NCBI GenBank assembly: GCA_964187785.1 | Contig: OZ076413.1 | Location: 37,944,001-38,008,000, forward strand | Direction: 5' to 3' | DNA length: 64,000 nt | Origin: Amphiscolops sp. MND2022 | Taxonomy: Eukaryota | Part shown: positions 61,700-64,000 of the stretch, in pieces | How the letters are laid out: each line of letters opens with the position of its first letter | How positions within the stretch are numbered: the stretch's first letter is position 1 | The notes under the pieces: generated by a model | Databases searched by the model: none | Told to the model about the DNA's origin: nothing | What the model saw: the letters and a program-made list of their open reading frames with translations, nothing else | Translations under genes and position numbers: made by a program

Positions 61700-64000
61700 A
61701 AAGTTCTTCATGCAAAAATAAAATATCAAGCCTGTACTTTGGAACGCACAATCATCACAACGGTTATCGACAATGTTATCTTTTGAAACCTATGTGAAAT
61801 TGAATAAAAAAGAAACATATTCGATTTAAACCGACCTTTACAGCAAAAAAACGAGCACGATTCCCTGAATATGCTACGTACCCAATTGTTAGCAAGAATG
61901 GACGACCACAACAAATTGTTAGTTAAAAATTTCAATTTTTCTACAGAGAATAAAGAACCCAATGAAGACAAAAAACCAGACCGAAAAAAGCAGACATCAA
62001 AACAGTTAGTAAAACCGATGAACTCCCTGCCAGTCAACCGCAGTACCGAAAGTTTGATAATTGGTTCAAGTATCACAAAGCGAATACCCAATAAGTCCTT
62101 GCCCAAAGATGTAGAAATTCATGCTTTCCGGGATCTACTAGTAGTCAGAAACTTGAATTTCTACGTAATTATAGTGTGGAAAGTCCTTTGCAATCTTTGA
62201 CGATTCAAGACGGAACAAATACAATTGTCAGGAAACGGGAGAAGAATGTCTCAGAACTATTCGAAAACTTTCAAGCTCTTGTAACAGAAGCTATCCAGAA
62301 ACTCGAGCCTAAAAAGTTATTCCTGTGCGAGACTCCACCACTGCCAACTTATGACAGGAACAAACTCGCTAATGGTAGAATTGAGGAGTGAAACAACTTA
62401 TTACATGAGCATTATGGGGAAGATGAAAATTTTCAAAAATTCGATCTGAACAAGCAAGTAAAGTTCTTCAAAAAACCGGAAATTTTATACGTCGATGACA
62501 TTCACTTCAACTTCCAGCTGGGATTACCGCTCATACGAAATAGCCCAGTGAAATACATCACCTGGTATTCTAATAGTTTGCTCCGAATCAATACAACCTA
62601 CTATCGTCCAAACTCAAGTTATTGGAAACAAAATAAAAATATACCCACAGGAACCAATGTCGAAACTCTTATCATCAGTCACTGACTACATTCCCTTATA
62701 TGGGCGACGTTTGATAACTGCATTGAATGATGTTCAACTTCAATCGGAGAACGGGCATTCCTAACATAAAAATATAAAAAAAACCTGAATTTTTTCATTC
62801 TTTTTGGTCTAACACTTATCAAAAGAAAAGCTTGTGCAACCAATAAATGGACAATCCCCAATGAGATACGAACTAAGATCCAAGTGCAAACATTTTAGGC
62901 ATAATTACTTTTTTATATCCGTAATCTCTCCACCAATTAAAAAATTATTCCTGTTTTGGAATAATTTGAAACAAACCTCAATTGGCGAACCTAGTTATTC
63001 ATTATTTTTAAGATTGCGAACCACCTTCAACAATTTTTTTTCAATGGAAACTCTCTTTAAGCGGCGACATTGAAATAAATCCAGGACTTCTATTAAACTT
63101 CAAGTATTTAACAATCTTATTCAAGAAGAACAATAGGATTTTGAAATTTTTACACCTAAATGCACAAAGTTTACTTAAAAAAAGATCGACACTCGAAAAT
63201 TTCATCACCGATCTTGGTGCAAACACTATTTTTGGTTTTTCAGATTCATGGCTAAAAACCAGCGATGATAAGAATTATATGGCGAACAAGCCCAACTCGT
63301 TTCAAAACTTTTCGGACTGATGGAGAAGCACCAAACAGAGAAAATGGTGGAGGAGTAATGCTAATAAATCCTGCATGTCTTAATCCCAAAACGCGCAACG
63401 ATCTGAACTATCTAAAATAAAGAACTTTTTGAAAGCCTCTGGATCGAATGCAGCTTGAATAATAGTACTTCGAATAAGCAGAAGCAATTGAATAATATTA
63501 GCTACAATCGGAAAAAAGCATACTACCATCAATTTCTTACTCACCATCAATCACCCAAATCATAGAACATCTCGAAAGAATTGCTTTACTAAGCCAATAA
63601 ACCAAATTCAAATAATTGGTTTCAGAGCAAAGTACTCGACAACAGATGCTCTCTTGTATGCTACGGAAAAAATAAGTTCTGATATTGATAAAAACAAAAT
63701 GGTAGCTGCAGCCTTTCTCGATCTATCTAAAGCTTTTTATTCCATCTCCCATGAAATTCTTTTGGAAGAACTCGAATTATTAGGACTTGATCAGATAGCC
63801 CTTTTTTCAATTAAAAGCTACCTAAGTAACAGAACGCAAAAAGTTGTTCTCCAAAATACATCATCTGATTGGATTGACTTATACAAGGGTGATCCACAAG
63901 GTACTATTCTGGGCCCTCTCCTATTTAATCTATATGGTAATAGTATGCAGAATGCCATCCAAAAATCATGTGAATTGTTTCAATATGCAGATGACACTTT
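61700..64000 (+). mobile_element. CR1/L2-type LINE, decayed and internally deleted, runs off the window end
   Basis: ORF1 SGNH esterase ('LIIGSSI', 'IQDGTN', 'VDDIH'). ORF2 has 2A-like 'SGDIEINPG', APE endonuclease 'LHLNAQSL..GFSDSWL..GGGVM', and RT 'GFRAKYST..FLDLSKAF..PQGTILGPLLFNLY..YADDT'. Confidence 0.9.

Overview
This is repeat-dense, AT-rich animal genomic DNA with spliceosomal introns and one 200-N scaffold gap. From recalled repeat and gag families it resembles an acoel such as Symsagittifera; that assignment is inference only. Almost everything is decayed mobile DNA. In order: a Maverick/Polinton remnant (1 to ~4 kb), a full but pseudogenised BEL/Pao element with LTRs and a tRNA-His PBS (6.55-14.5 kb, minus), a second BEL/Pao (42.9-50.2 kb, plus), exons of a probable host secreted Cys-rich gene (51-53 kb), a Gypsy gag-protease fragment (54-57 kb), a CR1/L2-type LINE with a 2A-like motif (61.7-64 kb), and many MITEs. 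The main result is a ~25-kb block (~16.7-42.4 kb) that no ORF call explains. Read with introns and frameshifts, it holds a divergent four-gene cassette. On the minus strand are a C2H2-zinc-finger + KDM2/7-type JmjC demethylase and an unknown ORF. On the plus strand are a tyrosine-recombinase-like + PR-Set7-like SET methyltransferase fusion and a RAG1/Transib-like DDE transposase with a C-terminal BRCT domain. Dozens of copies of one 11-bp semi-palindrome (TGRCATGRTCA) run through the block, including introns of three of these genes, and I saw essentially none outside it. I interpret this as a decayed giant, intron-containing DNA transposon carrying a histone writer/eraser pair. Domain calls come from reading motifs by eye, all genes in this copy carry stops or frameshifts, and the element ends are not securely defined.
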